Translations under genes and position numbers: made by a program
DNA from: a virus
DNA: 64,000 nucleotides
IMG/VR virus record: IMGVR_UViG_3300009551_000007
Location: 17,753-81,752 of that record
Direction: 5' to 3' (one strand)
In this document: piece by piece, positions 20,497 through 30,752 of the stretch
How the letters are laid out: every line of letters starts with the position of its first letter
Position numbering within the stretch: position 1 is the stretch's first letter
Notes under the pieces: model-generated
Databases searched by the model: none
Told to the model about the DNA's origin: nothing
Seen by the model: the letters and a program-made list of their open reading frames with translations, nothing else

Positions 20497-21074
20497 TACA
20501 ACGTGCCCCACTGGTCTGCCATGGCTTCGGCGATACCGCTGAATGTGACGGACCGTAACAGGCCCCTTTCGGGCGAGGGCGGCAAGCACCTCAGTGTGTC
20601 GTCGTAGGGCGGCGGAACGAACTCGGTCGGTTCCAGTTTGGGGAGGCCCTTTAGCCAGAGACAGGTCGATTTCTTTTCGCGGTGGCCGAACTGGTAGGGC
20701 TGAATGGTTTGCGTCGGTCTGCCGACTATGTTCATGGCTGCCCCGCACATCAACGGGTTTTCAACGCATACCCTCGGCGCGTTCGCGGCGAGACACTTCA
20801 GGAACAGTTCCGTAGCCTCTATCATGCTATCCCGTCTGCCCGGTCGCTTTAGATACTGCACGCCGCTATTGGTGAGGTACGTGCACGGGGGATGGGCTAT
20901 AACCAGATCCCATTCCATACCCAGCAGGGGCGTCACGTCGCGTCGGAAATGTAAGCCCCTGGCGTCGGCGTTCCCCCAGCCCATCCTCAGATCGCAGCTG
21001 TAAGCGAGATGACCCCTGCTCCGGAAGGCGTCTCTAACGGTCCCGGAAAACTCACAGGCTATCAGTACACGCAT
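20496..21074 (-). CDS. DNA cytosine-C5 methyltransferase (short phage type)
   Basis: LIACEFSG, AHPPCT and VENP motifs. Confidence 0.8.
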   Translation of the reverse strand: MRVLIACEFSGTVRDAFRSRGHLAYSCDLRMGWGNADARGLHFRRDVTPLLGMEWDLVIAHPPCTYLTNSGVQYLKRPGRRDSMIEATELFLKCLAANAPRVCVENPLMCGAAMNIVGRPTQTIQPYQFGHREKKSTCLWLKGLPKLEPTEFVPPPYDDTLRCLPPSPERGLLRSVTFSGIAEAMADQWGTL

Positions 21075-21122
21075 TAGCGATCTCTGGGAGGAATAGACGA
21101 GTATGGTGTGGTCTGCGCGATG

Positions 21123-21332
21123 CTATATGCCGTCCGTGACCTGCGTGAATCGGCCGTCCAGGAACTCGGATAGTTCGCGGTAGCGGAGCTTGTCGTAATG
21201 GACGGAATGGTACACGACCGATTTCTCGACACCGTCCCGGTCACCGTTGGTCGAGCAAGTGGCTACGCCGATCACGACGTACAGCCCGCCCTTGCGATGT
21301 TTCCACACGCTGTAAGGTGATGGTTCGTTCAT
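21123..21332 (-). CDS. DUF1653-like protein
   Basis: WKHRKGGLYVVIG...VVY...RELSEFLDGRF. Confidence 0.6.
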   Translation of the reverse strand: MNEPSPYSVWKHRKGGLYVVIGVATCSTNGDRDGVEKSVVYHSVHYDKLRYRELSEFLDGRFTQVTDGI

Positions 21333-21537
21333 GTTGTCTCCCGTAGGAACTCGTCGATGGCTTCGCGGAACCGTTCAGCAACTGCTCTCGTTAAGACGAT
21401 CTTGTATGGTTCTTTACAATCGTCGTTGGAGAGGATCATTACCGGTTCGCCGTCGCGTGGGCCCGTGAACACCGAGCCGATGGATATGTGTTCGGGCGGG
21501 TACACGATGACGGTGACCGGTACTGCTGTGGCCATGG

Positions 21538-21861
21538 CTACTTACCCGTGTCCGAATGAAACACGGCTTCCCCGTTAGTGATCGTGAAGTGTGCCTTACA
21601 CTCGCCGGTCCATCGAATCGACGGCGCGAGGGTCGGGCCGGCGTCGCCCTCGGCGTAGCTCCATCGGTGAATGCCTTCGACACGCGGATGCTGGTCGGTC
21701 ACGAGGGGCGTGTAGCACGAGTTACCACACCCACACGGACAAACGAAGTCCACGGCGTAGGGTTCGCCGCCCTTCACGATCACTTGCATTTCGCCGGCCG
21801 CGGGCGCGGGTCGGTCGCAGCCGAACTGGTACCGAACCGACTTGTATTTAGTTACCATCAT
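21538..21861 (-). CDS. DUF6527-like small Cys/His protein
   Basis: CPCGCG...PTLAPSI...CKAHFTITNG. Confidence 0.55.
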   Translation of the reverse strand: MMVTKYKSVRYQFGCDRPAPAAGEMQVIVKGGEPYAVDFVCPCGCGNSCYTPLVTDQHPRVEGIHRWSYAEGDAGPTLAPSIRWTGECKAHFTITNGEAVFHSDTGK

Positions 21862-22113
21862 GGAACCCTATTGTAATGCGTTTCGTGGTCCGCGACGAGA
21901 GCACCACCGAAGTGACCTCGTGGGGCGCGACCTTGGCCGTGAACCGGTTGCCGTCCCGCCACCAGACGACTTCGTAACTGTCGAGGCCGGTCTCGTCAAT
22001 CATCACGGTTAGGACGCGCGCCAGGCGCTCGCCGTCGCCCAAGTTCACCCATTCACCCGGCGCGTACACTACGAGTTGTTTGTCTGAACCGCCGTCGCCT
22101 TTAATCGCCACTG

Positions 22114-22485
22114 TTACTTCTCCTTGGTCAGTACGAACCTGTTGTTGTCGTAATCGACGCCGCGTGAGAAGCTCGACATTTTCACGTAGAACCCGCCCTC
22201 GCCGACGTCGCGGTGATCGCAGTAGATATGACCGACGCACGACAGGTGGTCGTCCTTGTACGACCATATACCGGAATAGATGACGGTTTCGTCGAGCACG
22301 GCGACGTAGGTGTAGTCGCCCCTCAGTTCGAGTACGCCGGTTTGCGAGTTGCCGTTCTTCTCGGTGACCTCGATCTTCCAAGTGCCAATGTACTGGTCTT
22401 CGGGTATCGGCTTGGGTTTCGGCACGGGCGCTGCTGCGGCGAACCCGGCCGTAACCAGCAACACGGTTAGTAGTGAGCACTTCAT
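22114..22485 (-). CDS. secreted protein with planctomycete-type APVPK signal
   Basis: Signal peptide ending AAAAPVPKPKP followed by IGTWK. Confidence 0.55.
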   Translation of the reverse strand: MKCSLLTVLLVTAGFAAAAPVPKPKPIPEDQYIGTWKIEVTEKNGNSQTGVLELRGDYTYVAVLDETVIYSGIWSYKDDHLSCVGHIYCDHRDVGEGGFYVKMSSFSRGVDYDNNRFVLTKEK

Positions 22486-22535
22486 ACGAGCCTCCTGAGG
22501 GGAACTAGTGGCCTGTGATGCGTGAGGTGGTGCTG

Positions 22536-23264
22536 CTATTTCCTCGCACGCTTGGGCGACGATATGGGGGCTTCCTCGTACACGGCCTCCGCGTCGGTCT
22601 GAGCCTCGATCAACGGTAGGTCGGCCGGCGGGAGCATCTTCACCGAGTTGATCTTGTCCTCAATCGGGTCGGCGGCTTCGGCACCGTACTGTTTCTCCAC
22701 CATGGCATCCCAGTTGACGTTGAAGACGGTCACGCCGCCCTGCTTCTCCTTGTCGAACGCCCCGCGTATCCGGAGGCGCATTTCGACACACCACTTGATC
22801 GTTTCAAGGTAGGCGGGGTTGCCCGTTTGCCCTTTCAGCGTCCGCTCGATGTTCTTCTTTATCACGTGGAGGGGCGTGTGCTGGGCGTCCAAGCCCTCGC
22901 GCTCGATGCGGACGCGAGTGGTTTGACTTTTCGGGTTGCCTACTATCTTGGGGATGCGTGGTGCCTTCTCGGTCCTGACCGTCCGCGATTCGAGCGGGTC
23001 ACATGACTTCAGCCAAGCGTTCCAAGCCGTCGACTCCAGTAGGTCGATCTTGGCCATTTCTTCAGCCTTGGCCTCGTCGAACTTAGTGACCGACTCCGCC
23101 AGCCACAGTTTCCGGATCACCTTTAGGTCTTCACATATCGTACCCTGATCGAACCCCACGTGCTGGCCGATCTGCCACTGAGTCCATCCGCGCAAGTACA
23201 ACTCCGACACGGTCTTGCGTCGCTCCAATATCTCAAGTTCCTTCGAGTTGGTCATCTTCCGCAT
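22536..23264 (-). CDS. putative terminase small subunit
   Basis: N-terminal HTH (RRKTVSELYLRGWTQWQIG...TICEDL); GNPAYL motif; upstream of terL. Confidence 0.6.
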   Translation of the reverse strand: MRKMTNSKELEILERRKTVSELYLRGWTQWQIGQHVGFDQGTICEDLKVIRKLWLAESVTKFDEAKAEEMAKIDLLESTAWNAWLKSCDPLESRTVRTEKAPRIPKIVGNPKSQTTRVRIEREGLDAQHTPLHVIKKNIERTLKGQTGNPAYLETIKWCVEMRLRIRGAFDKEKQGGVTVFNVNWDAMVEKQYGAEAADPIEDKINSVKMLPPADLPLIEAQTDAEAVYEEAPISSPKRARK

Positions 23265-24620
23265 ACCCCACCCTCCCATGCACATATGAACCTTATACCT
23301 TTGACCCCTATGCCCCACTACCGCTCGGACCACCATCCCACGTATCGCCCGACGCCGAACACGGTGTACCCGTACCCGACGATTACCATGAGGCACCCCA
23401 AGCCGACCACCTCCGGCCCGTGGCATCCGACCACGTCGAGTAGCCGGTTCTCCAGCATTAGCGCCTTGATGTATAGACCGTTCACAGTTGGACCGAACAT
23501 GTTACCCTCCGAACGTGAGAAAGTGGATCGTTAGCCCGACGACGCCCAGCAACGTACCGCCGATGAGGAGCCATTCCCGCACCGGCTTCTCCGTCGCCCA
23601 TTCCGTGATCGTCTTCTCGCTCCTCACTGCTCGCCCGGCGTCGTACACTAGGGCGGTGACTTGAACCACTACCGCGAGGACGAACAATGCCAATCCGTAT
23701 GTGCTGATCATGAGTACGTCTCCCGTGGTGAAGCAGCTAGAACCGAGTTGTCGGGCCGGGGTGCGGCGATAATGTCCGCGGCCGTCGCACGCACGCCGGC
23801 CTCGATCAGAGCGAACCCGTTCTCTTGTAGCCAGTCGGCGAAAACCAGTAGTAACGTCGCATCGGTCTCGGTCTTCAACGCCGCTATCCAGTTACCGGCG
23901 TCAGGATGCTCTCTAAACCGCCGCGCCTCGGTTATCAACGAGTCACGTAGTGCGTTGAGCCTCGTCACATCATCGGGGAGAAGCTCATGCGAGTAATCGA
24001 ACGTACCGAAAGCGACCTCTATCACTTCCACACGAACATGTTCCACGCCGGTCTCACGGACTATGTGGTGCCACTGCGACTCGTACATGAAGCAGCGTTC
24101 GCACTTCGCCGAGCCGCCTACTATCTCCCAGCCCATCATAGAGTGCACCGTTGTACAACTCTCGTAGCAAACCATGCATACCTCGTCCTCGGTCGAACGG
24201 CGGCTCATATTCGTGCCCTCTTCGGCGGGTCAGGAGGGGCGTCTACCGAGTCTGTACCGCGAGTGGACGGGTCACCTACGAGCGATGTGATTACGTCTTT
24301 AGGGGCGACGCCCTGCTTGTGGCGAAGGGCAATGAGAGTAATCACGTTCGCCAGGCTCAGACCCGACAGGCCGTGGAGGAGGAACAAAGTCAAAATCAGT
24401 TCGTCCTGGGGTCCAGGCCCACACTTGAGAGATTCCGACCGTTCGTCACTTAGTACCACGCGTGAGCCGGTCTCGTCGGTATCGACGGTAACGAACCCTG
24501 CGGAATGGAGCGCGAACCCCGACGCCTTTAGAGCCGCAGCTATGATTATATGAACCACGTCGTCGGGGAACACGACCGGCATCCAGTAGTTGCGTAACTC
24601 ACAGTACCCCATAGCGTACT

Positions 24621-24935
24621 TCATGATTCGTCCTCCGCGATTCGCCTCATGGCGGTGATCGACCGTACCCGACTGGTGCCCACGGCGTCCGGGTCGAGGT
24701 CACCGCACTTGCCCGCTAAGAAATCAACCGGGCGCGGATCACCCCAATACCGGGCGTCGTAGGGGTGGAATAGTTGCTGCCGCTTCGCCGCCCGCTCCTC
24801 GAACACGCAGAGCTTTTCCGGCGTACCGGGGGGCGCGGTCGTCGGCCCGTCGGGTAGCGGCCTGCCGAACGCCCCACCGTCAAGGTACGTCTTTAGCTTG
24901 AAGGTGGGTTTGTAGTTCCTCACGGGTGCTACCAT
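24621..24935 (-). CDS. hypothetical protein resembling a Gemmataceae small-protein family
   Basis: PTTAPPGTPEKLCVFEERA...LFHPYD, recognised from memory only. Confidence 0.45.
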   Translation of the reverse strand: MVAPVRNYKPTFKLKTYLDGGAFGRPLPDGPTTAPPGTPEKLCVFEERAAKRQQLFHPYDARYWGDPRPVDFLAGKCGDLDPDAVGTSRVRSITAMRRIAEDES

Positions 24936-25410
24936 GGTTACACGCTAAACGGGTTGCGGGCGAGCCTTTAGCGTAGCGGAGTTCAACACTTTCGGTATGG
25001 GGTCGTCGCTCAGTAATCGTCTATCGCACAACGACAAACCCTAACAAACGCGACTGCTATTATACTACGTATACGCGATACCCTTGTTTGTTATTTATTT
25101 GTTTACTATGTATTTATTATAGGACGGGAAGCATGTACATGTTCGCCTCCCGGCCCTACGACTCGTAGCCCCTAACCGGTAGGGAGGTCGGGCGTCGGTA
25201 CGATGGGTAGGGTGCCCGTTCCCTCCCCCGTAGGCACCGAGGAGGCACGAGCGAGTAGGGCATTCACCTTACCGGCCAAGAACCTTTCCAGGCTATTGCG
25301 AGCCTCCTTGTCTTTACCGAACGTCGAAAGTAGCCGGTCGAACGTCACGTCACATTTGTGTTCGCATTTCCACTCAAACATCCACTCCATAACATGTTCC
25401 GGTAACACAG

Positions 25411-26832
25411 TCATTGTCCATTCTCCCCAGAGGAAAAGCGGGCGGCGAACCGACTCCGAGCGAGGGCGAGCTTCTTCGCCGACTCGATGCGATACTTTAG
25501 CCGCTCGTGAATCAGGGGAAGGTAGTCGGGGTTCAGTTCGCACAGTACCGCGTTCCGCCCCAGGTCCAACGCCACTTCCGCCGTCGTGCCCGACCCGCCG
25601 AACGGGTCCAGGACCGTCGCCGGCACCGGTTCGGCCGGCGAACACGAACACGATTGCTCCCAAGCCACGGTCTCGGCGCGAACGCCTTGGCGCGTGAGAT
25701 TGATTACGTTACCCGTCCCGTTCGCACCCGTCCGCTTCACAAACTCGTTAGGGCGGTCCCTCGTCAGCGTCGTCTTTTCCACCACGCGAACGTAAGGCGC
25801 ACCGCATCCGGGGCATACGCCCTTCTCAGACGACCCGGCGAGTACGCAAGGCTTCACCAGTTCGGGCGGGTAACAGGCGAAGTGCGCGCCCTTGTACGGC
25901 TTCGGGCATATCGTCCATACGTCGCCCTTCGTTCGCGACTCGTCGAGGAACCTACCGAGGAGTTCCGGCGACTCCCGGCCCAGCCATTCGAGGAGTGCTG
26001 ATTCCGAATCGACCGACCACACGGAACGCCTATTGCGGTTATCAACACCGCCGTCGCCGGGAGCCATTTTGTTATGTATGCCCTCTTCGAGGTTCTTTTG
26101 CCCCGGCTTCGACCGCGCCTTGCGGTTGTCGTTCGGGTACGCCGCCGGTTCCTTGATCGCTTCTTGGTCGAAGTAGTACGTCGGCGACTTGGTAAACATG
26201 AACAGGTACTCGTGCGCCTTAGTGCATCGGTCGGTTACGCTCTCCGGCATCGGGTTCGGCTTGGCCCATATCAAGTCGCTCCGTAGGTACCAGCCGTCGG
26301 CCCGGAGCGCGAACGCGACCATCCACGGGACGCCGATCAGGTCTTTTTGTTTGTACCCTTCTCTGGCTCGGCGCTTCGACGATTCAAATGTCTTGGACCG
26401 AGACGCTCCGTTAAACAACTTCCGATTTTGATTAGACGGGGCATCGGGAGAATACCCGCCGCCTCCCGAATAACTGTCGCCGATGTTGAGCCATAGTGTC
26501 CCGTCGTCGCGGAGGACGCGATGCACTTCGCGGAAGACGGCGACGAGGTTCGCCACGTACTCTTCCGGCGTCTTCTCCAGGCCAAGCTGACCCTCCACCT
26601 CGTAGTCCCGTAGCCCGTAGTACGGTGGCGAGGTAACGACACAGTGAACCGACCTATCGGGGAGATGCTTTAGGGTCTGCGCGGAATCACCCGTGAGGAT
26701 GGTTACGGGCGAGTCGGGCGACAGCCTAATACCGCAAGCCAAACATTTCGTTCCGTCGTCGGACCGGACGTGATCCGACGAGAACCATGTCGCGTTAACA
26801 CACTTCGATTTGCTATGCACCGGCTTCGGCAT
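25411..26832 (-). CDS. DNA amino-methyltransferase (N4-C/N6-A, beta class)
   Basis: TSPPY, HFACYP and LDPFGGSGTT motifs; Cys-rich insertion. Confidence 0.9.
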   Translation of the reverse strand: MPKPVHSKSKCVNATWFSSDHVRSDDGTKCLACGIRLSPDSPVTILTGDSAQTLKHLPDRSVHCVVTSPPYYGLRDYEVEGQLGLEKTPEEYVANLVAVFREVHRVLRDDGTLWLNIGDSYSGGGGYSPDAPSNQNRKLFNGASRSKTFESSKRRAREGYKQKDLIGVPWMVAFALRADGWYLRSDLIWAKPNPMPESVTDRCTKAHEYLFMFTKSPTYYFDQEAIKEPAAYPNDNRKARSKPGQKNLEEGIHNKMAPGDGGVDNRNRRSVWSVDSESALLEWLGRESPELLGRFLDESRTKGDVWTICPKPYKGAHFACYPPELVKPCVLAGSSEKGVCPGCGAPYVRVVEKTTLTRDRPNEFVKRTGANGTGNVINLTRQGVRAETVAWEQSCSCSPAEPVPATVLDPFGGSGTTAEVALDLGRNAVLCELNPDYLPLIHERLKYRIESAKKLALARSRFAARFSSGENGQ

Positions 26833-27853
26833 ATCCATGTCCTTTCAATCGTTCTCGTGCTATGGTTGCGTAACTTTCTTCCAACTCGATACCGGTAGGG
26901 CTCATCCCTTCTTGACGGGCCGCTAGTAGGGTTGTGCCGCTACCCGCGAACGGGTCGAGTAGCTTGCCGGCAGGGGGCGTAACGAGGCGTACTAACCATC
27001 TCATCAAAGATAGAGGCTTGACCGTTGGGTGTGTATTGTCTTCGCCGCGTTCGGCCTTGGACGCCTTCGCGCAGTAGAAGAAGCGGGCGGCTGTGCCGGT
27101 ATCGGAATTGCGTTCCACTAGACCGTCCTGGCCCGCGTGCCCGCTCGTCGACAACCCGCCGCCGCCGCGCGCCTTCGGGTAGTGACCGCCGTTACGTTCG
27201 CCGAACGCCGCGAACGCTTCCATCACCTCGTCACTACCGTCATGGACGACGTTCGCGGGGTAGCGGCCCATGGTTTCAGCTTTCGCGACGTTTTCACGTA
27301 CCCTTGCGGCATGTGCCTCTCGTGCTAACGGGTCGCTCATCCAAGGTCTAGTCCAACCTTCGTGGCCTTTTTGGTCCGCCCGCGTTCCCCCTTCGGCCCC
27401 TCCCCCTAGTTTGTCATTAGTCGGTACTCGGCACACGTCGATACTCAACGGTAATACCCGCTTACCAGGCTTCCTCGCCAGAAGTACCGGTTCCCATGCG
27501 GGCTTTAAGCAACCCTCACCCTTCGGGAAGCCCGTTCCGTAAATCCACATCAAGCAGTCGCGGACCTCGAAACCGGCGTCTTCGACCGCACACGTCAGGC
27601 GGTGATAGGTGCGAGCCCCGCCGAAGCACAGCATGTAGCCGCCCGGCCGGAGTACGCGGAGGACAGACCGCCAAGTGTCGGGGTCGAACGCCACGCCCGA
27701 TCTGTCCCATGCTTTACCCATGAAGCCGAGTTCGTAGGGCGGGTCGGTCACTACGGAATCGAACCCGGAGTCAGGGAGGGTTAGGGACAGTTCTCGCATA
27801 TCGCCGGTCAGTACCTTCGCTCTGGTCGCTGACCGGTGAACGGGTTTAGGCAT
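26813..27853 (-). CDS. DNA amino-methyltransferase (DPPY, probably N6-adenine)
   Basis: TDPPY, HPTVKP and LDPFAGSGTT motifs. Confidence 0.9.
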   Translation of the reverse strand: MPKPVHRSATRAKVLTGDMRELSLTLPDSGFDSVVTDPPYELGFMGKAWDRSGVAFDPDTWRSVLRVLRPGGYMLCFGGARTYHRLTCAVEDAGFEVRDCLMWIYGTGFPKGEGCLKPAWEPVLLARKPGKRVLPLSIDVCRVPTNDKLGGGAEGGTRADQKGHEGWTRPWMSDPLAREAHAARVRENVAKAETMGRYPANVVHDGSDEVMEAFAAFGERNGGHYPKARGGGGLSTSGHAGQDGLVERNSDTGTAARFFYCAKASKAERGEDNTHPTVKPLSLMRWLVRLVTPPAGKLLDPFAGSGTTLLAARQEGMSPTGIELEESYATIARERLKGHGYAEAGA

Positions 27854-27854
27854 G

Positions 27855-28205
27855 TTACCCTCGTGTTGATTTCGTGAAAACGTAGTACGCCCCGAAATCG
27901 TCCTCACCCCGTATCGGTTGTTCGTAAACGACCGACCAGCCGGCCTTCCGGTAATCGTCCTCCACGTCCATCCAGCGGTTATTCATCAGTACCGCTTCAC
28001 TGACTATCTGGGGTTCGCCCGCGCTGTCGGCGAAGTACCTGTTCATCTTCTCGACGGCGAGCTTCAGCGCTTCGATGAGCGTGATTCGGGCTTCTCTCCC
28101 GTCCCACTTCTCGACGAGTAGTTCGTTGAAGGCGACGAATACCGCTTCCGGTATCCGTCTCGCTTTCGGGTCACGCTTAATATCTTGCGGTTTAATCGGC
28201 GGCAT
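27855..28205 (-). CDS. hypothetical phage protein
   Basis: IPEAVFVAFNELL...WMDVEDDYRKAGW; resembles a recurrent small phage family. Confidence 0.55.
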   Translation of the reverse strand: MPPIKPQDIKRDPKARRIPEAVFVAFNELLVEKWDGREARITLIEALKLAVEKMNRYFADSAGEPQIVSEAVLMNNRWMDVEDDYRKAGWSVVYEQPIRGEDDFGAYYVFTKSTRG

Positions 28206-28325
28206 AACGACCCCTAAAAAGTGAAACTCGACACTCTAAACGGCACGACCGTCGCTAAACGGGTAGAGACACGTCTAAGACGGCGTTCGTGCTAAGGCGG
28301 GCAAATACGGAGCTAGAAACTGGGT

Positions 28326-30752
28326 CTATTCGGCACTCTCGTCGGCCGCGATACCCGATTCCGTGAGCGATTCGGCTTCGGCAATCGCTTCGAGTTCGGC
28401 GAGCGCTTCCGGCGATGCCTCGGCGGTCGCGAACGGGTTCGTCGATTCGATGTCGGTCGGGATCTCGTTATTCACGACGACCGACCACAGTCGGCGAAGG
28501 AGTGAGGTTAGCCGCCATTTCGGCTTCGAGCGGACGCCCGGCGCGAGTATCGCCGTGAAGGTTTCGACGACACCGATCTTCCGCATGAATCTCAGTAGGT
28601 CGTTCGCCTTGTTCGTCGTCTCGTGAGTGAACATGGCGAGGTTGCGCGGCTCGATGCCTGTCTCACCGGAATCCATCATCGCCCTCGCCATGTCGAACGT
28701 GATCCCGCACGACGTGTCGATAGCCACCGACCGAACGAGATCCATAACCTCGGTATCGACCTCCCGCTTATTGAGGACGGCAGCGAGACATATCGCGAGT
28801 CGCCCCAGCTGTTCGGTGAGGCGGGGCGAGAACTCCCGCACAACGATCTCCTCTTGCTTTAGGCTGGGGCGGGCGCGGAGGAAGGCCACGAATAGGGCCA
28901 TATCCATGATGTCTTCCTCGCACTGCTCAGACATGATCACGGCTTCTTGTAGCCCCGTCGCGTTCTCGCGAAGGTACTCGACGTACCCACCGCATAGAGC
29001 CATAGCGCGGGTGAGCTGCGGGTCGTGTCGCGTCTCCGGCTTACCATTGGCTTCCATGCCCCGGTTCCGAATGAGCCGTTTCATGACCATGCGCTGGACC
29101 TCCCGCTCGAAGTCCTCATCCATCTTGTCCATAATCGAGCAGGTCAGGAACCGCTCGCCGAGTTCCGACGTGTCGAGCAGTCGCAGCGAACTGGTGCCGC
29201 ATAAAATCCAAGTCATATTGATTGAGCCGTAGTCGCGACCGCTACCGGTCTTGAAGTGGGTCCGTGCGGTGCGGTCGTAGATGTCCCGCGCCTCCGAGAG
29301 AATCTTGCCCAGATTGTCGGACTGGAGGAGCGTGTCGCCGTCCTTCGTCACCAGTGTCTTATTGAACAGTTTACTGATCAGGCCCAGGTCTTCGGACGGG
29401 TTCTCCTTGTCTTTCACGCCGGAAAAGAAGCCGGTCAGGTGGCTCATAGGCTTCGTGTACTTACTCGCCACGCAAACGGCCTCGCAGAACGTCGTCTTCC
29501 CTGTTGACGGCGGGCTAATGAACCGCATCCATAACTGTGAGCCGACGCCGGTCGTGGAGATGATCGTCGACAGCATACACGCCAAACCCTTGCGCATACC
29601 GGGGTTCCATTTCAGCGCCTTGCGGAACTCCTTTTCGAGCTGGGAGAAGGTGTTACAAGGAAGGCACTGGAGTTCGCTACCGCCCGTAGCCTTGGCGGTC
29701 GCGGTCCGGCCGGGCATCCAATCTTCCGGGAACGGGAGGACGTTGGCCATCAGTCCGCCGAGCGCCTTCACGCGGTCGGATATGTTATTCACACAGTTGA
29801 AGTAGTCACTCACGTCGAACCCGTCGGCGTAGTTCGGCGTCCAGCCGCCCTCACCCCAAGTCATCACGTTGATAGTGGAGGGCTTATTCTCCCCAGAGAG
29901 CAGCGTCTGCGTCGCCCGGTTCATGCCCGCCCAACCGTTCGGCGGCTGCATTACGCCCGACTCGTGCTGGACGGGATAGTCATTATCGTACATCATCCAA
30001 ACGTGCTTGTCGGCGCAGTAGTCGCGGTACATGTCTGGGAAGACACTCGCGCCCGGTGCCGCAACCACGTTAGTGAAGTTGAATAGCGACCCCATTTCGT
30101 TCGACGTGAGTGCGTAGTAGCTCTCCTGTTCGGGCCGGGCACGCTTCACCACTTCATAGAACATGATCCCGTCCCAGGGGCCTTCCAGAATCGCTAGGTT
30201 AGGCTTGCCCGGTTCGTACAGGGTCATCGGGGTATGAATGCCGTGGTTTAGGCCCGGCATCGAGTACCACCGCCACCGGTTCTTTTGCGGTTCATGACAG
30301 TAGCGGTAGAGGTTATTCATGCTCCCCTTCTCGTTGTACGAGGGGATGAGCCATTCGCCGGTAAGCACTGACCGAACCACGCCCCATTCGATTGCCGATT
30401 CGGGATACAAGAAGCCGCGTTCGGCAGCCAGCCCGTCGTAATCGGCACCGGCCTTCATGCACAGTTCGTGGTATTCCTTGATGAAGTTGTAGACGTTCCC
30501 TTTCCGCCCGCAACTCTTACAGTCCCATTGGCCGTCGGCTACCCCGACGTAGAACTTACCGACCTTTCCGCACAGCGGGCATTCGCCGACGGCTTGATCA
30601 CGGTCCTCGCGCGCCTCAATGTCGACGCCGTGAAACACGTAAGGCTTCAGCCATTTCGGCGCGTCGGCAATCGAACTCATGTCATCTCCTATGAATAAGA
30701 CCTGGCCCCGTGAAGGGCTAGGTGTGTAGTGTAACGGAAACTTCGGCATCAA
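28326..30752 (-). CDS. primase-helicase (Zn finger + TOPRIM + AAA+/MCM-like ATPase)
   Basis: CPLC...CKSC, ILEGPWDG...YDND and SPPSTGKT motifs. Confidence 0.75.
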   Translation of the reverse strand: MMPKFPLHYTPSPSRGQVLFIGDDMSSIADAPKWLKPYVFHGVDIEAREDRDQAVGECPLCGKVGKFYVGVADGQWDCKSCGRKGNVYNFIKEYHELCMKAGADYDGLAAERGFLYPESAIEWGVVRSVLTGEWLIPSYNEKGSMNNLYRYCHEPQKNRWRWYSMPGLNHGIHTPMTLYEPGKPNLAILEGPWDGIMFYEVVKRARPEQESYYALTSNEMGSLFNFTNVVAAPGASVFPDMYRDYCADKHVWMMYDNDYPVQHESGVMQPPNGWAGMNRATQTLLSGENKPSTINVMTWGEGGWTPNYADGFDVSDYFNCVNNISDRVKALGGLMANVLPFPEDWMPGRTATAKATGGSELQCLPCNTFSQLEKEFRKALKWNPGMRKGLACMLSTIISTTGVGSQLWMRFISPPSTGKTTFCEAVCVASKYTKPMSHLTGFFSGVKDKENPSEDLGLISKLFNKTLVTKDGDTLLQSDNLGKILSEARDIYDRTARTHFKTGSGRDYGSINMTWILCGTSSLRLLDTSELGERFLTCSIMDKMDEDFEREVQRMVMKRLIRNRGMEANGKPETRHDPQLTRAMALCGGYVEYLRENATGLQEAVIMSEQCEEDIMDMALFVAFLRARPSLKQEEIVVREFSPRLTEQLGRLAICLAAVLNKREVDTEVMDLVRSVAIDTSCGITFDMARAMMDSGETGIEPRNLAMFTHETTNKANDLLRFMRKIGVVETFTAILAPGVRSKPKWRLTSLLRRLWSVVVNNEIPTDIESTNPFATAEASPEALAELEAIAEAESLTESGIAADESAE

